Shown: in pieces, positions 61,356 through 64,000 of the stretch
Layout of the letters: each line of letters begins with the position of its first letter
How positions within the stretch are numbered: position 1 is the first letter of the stretch
Assembly (NCBI GenBank): GCA_951804945.1
Contig: OX638162.1
Location: 36,828,001-36,892,000 of the forward strand
Direction: 5' to 3'
DNA length: 64,000 nucleotides
Source of the DNA: Podarcis cretensis
Taxonomy: Eukaryota
The notes under the pieces: model-generated
Told to the model about the DNA's origin: nothing
Databases searched by the model: none
What the model saw: the letters and a program-made list of their open reading frames with translations, nothing else
Made by a program: the position numbers and the translations under genes

Positions 61356-62645
61356 GATTTGTTGATATAAGGATTTGTTGGAAAATAAAACTCCTAGGTG
61401 GCTGTCACCAATGGAAGCTAAGGGGGTGAAAAAACTTAATATGGAATCTAAATGGCCAAGATACGGTGAAATTTTAGAGCAAGATAGTGGGAAAATTAAA
61501 TTACAGAGTTTCGAGAAATTGAAGTCTAAAGTAAGAGATTGGCTTCATTATTATCAAATAATGGAGGTGTTTAAACAAGACAGGAAAATTGGCTTCCAGT
61601 TGGAGAGATCAAAACTAGAAACAGAATTTTTAGAACGCAATACTAAGAATCTATCAAGAATGTATAACCTGCTGTTGAAGTGGAATACACTAGATGAGAC
61701 AGTTAAATCAGCTATGATTAAGTGGGCACAAGACTTTGGTTATGACATTATGTTCGCTGACTGGGAACAGTTATGGACCACCGGTATAAAATTCACGGCA
61801 TACAATGCCTTAAGAGAAAATATCATGAAAATGATTTACAGGTGGTACATGACCCCGGTCAAGCTTGCAAAAATTTATCATTTGCCCAACAACAAATGCT
61901 GGAAATGTAATACGACTGAAGGTACCTTCTACCACCTTTGGTGGACTTGCCCGAGGATTAAGGCCTTCTGGGAAATGATTTATAATGAAATTAAGAAGGT
62001 ACTTAAATGTACTTTTCATAAGAAACCAGAGGCATTTCTCCTGGGCATGGTCGGCCAATTGGTGTCAAGGAAGGATAGAACGTTTTTTATGTACGCTACT
62101 ACAGCAGCAAGGATCCTCTTAGCAAAGTATTGGAAGACACAAGAACTACCCACGCTGGAAGAATGGCAAGCGAAGGTGATTGACTATATGGGACTGGCTG
62201 AGATGACTGGCAGAATCCGTGACCAAGAAAAAGAGACGGTGGAAGAAGATTGGAGGAAGTTTAAAGTATATCTTAAGAACTGCTGCAAAATTAATGAGGG
62301 CTAAAATGTCAAGGGAAAGGAAATTATAGAATTACAGCTGTAACCAATTAAGTATGGGAATGAAATTAAAATAAGAAATTAAATTAAAAATGAAATTAAT
62401 GGGAATGAAATTAAAATAAGAAAATGTTATTATTTGATTGACCTGAGGAGTTGTTGGGAAAAAAAGTTTAAAACAGGATGCAGAAAAGGGGAGGTAAGGG
62501 GAAGTCCGGGAAGCAAGGTTAATGAAAAAGAGGGTTTGAAATTATACATGTTTATATGTTCTTGTATGTTTTTCTGTGTGTGTTGTTTTGTTTATAATTT
62601 GTGCTGGAAAATCAATAAAAAATTATCCAAAAAATAAAATAAAAA
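61356..62645 (+). mobile_element. 5'-truncated L1 LINE (ORF2 C-terminus plus 3' UTR)
   Basis: Open frame 61375-62304 with CWKC..GTFYHLWWTC zinc knuckle; AATAAA/A-rich tail; TSD TAAAATAACAG (61345-61355, 62646-62656) at a TT/AAAA site. Confidence 0.9.
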
Positions 62646-63409
62646 TAAAATAACAGCAACCATCATCATAAGGTGTTTTGGGATTGATTTTGTACTGGAT
62701 CTGTGTTTCCATCGTTTGCATATGTTGGGTGGTTTTTGTGATGTTCATATTGTGCGTACAATATGGTTGTGGCTGAGTCACATTGGAATAACGGTTTGTC
62801 CTTAAAGACGGGGTGTAAACAAGCAAACAAATAAGGTCGTATCTGTACTATGCAGCCTTAGACTTCCCCACGGAAGATGTATTGATTAATACAGCACTCT
62901 GGGAATTGTAGCTCTGCATGGGGAATCGGTGTCTCAGCTCCCCGTACCCTGAACAAACTGCATCTCCTAGGATTCTTTGGAGGAAGTCATGACAGTTTAA
63001 ACTGGTATGGTGCTGCTTAAAATGCATAATGCAGATGGTGCCTAAATCAAGACAGCCGATGCTCAGACATGTTGTAGACCACCATATGGAATGCCGCACG
63101 TTCCCCAGCCCTGCAACAGAGGAAAGCAGACCCTCCAAGTGTCCCTCTTTTCCAGGGACACTCCCAGATTTACAGAAGCTGTCCCAGTTTCTCATTTGAT
63201 CCCAGAATGTCCTGCTTTTCCTTAGGTTGTCCCTATTTTCATCGGAGGAACGTTGGAGGGTATGGGAAAGGCTATCTCAGCATGAAGGCAGGGGACCAAG
63301 GGCAGGGGACATACTGCACCGCAAGGGCCACATTCTCTTCTGGGCAACGTTCTGTGGGCCACATGCTGAGTGTTGGGGTCAGGAAGAGAGGCAAAGCTGG
63401 ATAGAGAAA

Positions 63410-63757
63410 GGTAAAGGGACCCATGACCATTAGGTCCAGTCGTGGCCAACTCTGGGGTTGCAGTGCTCATCTCGCTTTATTGGCCGAGGGAGCCGGCATA
63501 CAGCTTCCGGGTCATGTGACCAGCATGACTAATCCGCTTCTGGTGAACCAGAGCAGCACACGGAAACGTCGTTTACCTTCCCGCCAGAGCAGTACCTATT
63601 TATCTACTTGCACTTTGGCGTGCTTTCGAACTGCTAGGTTGGCAGGAGCAGGGACCGAGCAACGGGAGTTCACCCTGTCGCAGGGATTCGAACCGCCGAC
63701 CTTCCGATCAGCAAGTCCTAGGCTCTGTGGTTTAACCCACAGCGCCACCCACATCCC
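63410..63757 (-). mobile_element. Sauria SINE, full length, nested in an older hAT-like element
   Basis: Same body as the 59325 copy; TSD TGGATAGAGAAA (63398-63409, 63758-63769). Confidence 0.9.
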
Positions 63758-64000
63758 TGGATAGAGAAACACATGTAAAAATTACTTTCTAAGTAACACC
63801 CACACACCCCTCTCTATCCTCTATCCAGGCAAGCAAAAGGCATTACTGGAGTTCAGGGACACATTCCAGCCAGGCAAAAATACCCAGAGGATAAAGTCCG
63901 ACTGGCAAGGGGTGTGGCCTGGGGAGAGGGGGTGTGGCTGGGGAATGAGGGTGTGGCTTGAAGGGGGTGTGGCTACCCGGACTGCCTGTGGCTCCTGGGC

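Noticed and set aside
61375-62304. 309-aa ORF as a host gene
   Set aside because: L1 ORF2 C-terminus with poly(A) and TSD; no RT or endonuclease domain.

Overview
Vertebrate genomic DNA from a squamate, probably a lacertid lizard (Sauria/POM-type SINEs, Squam3/MIR-like SINEs, BovB, CR1, L2, L1, RTE-X and many hAT and mariner MITEs). Four intron-containing genes lie in tandem on the minus strand. In transcription order they are: FBXL16 (last 4 coding exons, 52242-59169; 5' part beyond the window), WDR24 (complete, 9 coding exons, 24171-33203, 788 aa; CpG-island promoter near 35.2-35.7 kb), KLHL10 (complete, 5 exons, 12369-22476, 606 aa) and JMJD8 (first 6 coding exons, 571-7557; CpG-island promoter near 8.3-8.8 kb; 3' part beyond the window). 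I traced all exons by hand with GT-AG boundaries and consistent phases. Gene names rest on recalled human orthologue sequences, not on a database search. The most notable observation is an intact, intron-retaining KLHL10 between WDR24 and JMJD8. In human those two genes are adjacent and KLHL10 lies on another chromosome. Splice phases would also allow an in-frame WDR24-KLHL10 read-through. No rRNA, true tRNA or CRISPR array was seen, and I cannot support a wholly new multi-gene system; the findings beyond the gene models are hypotheses.
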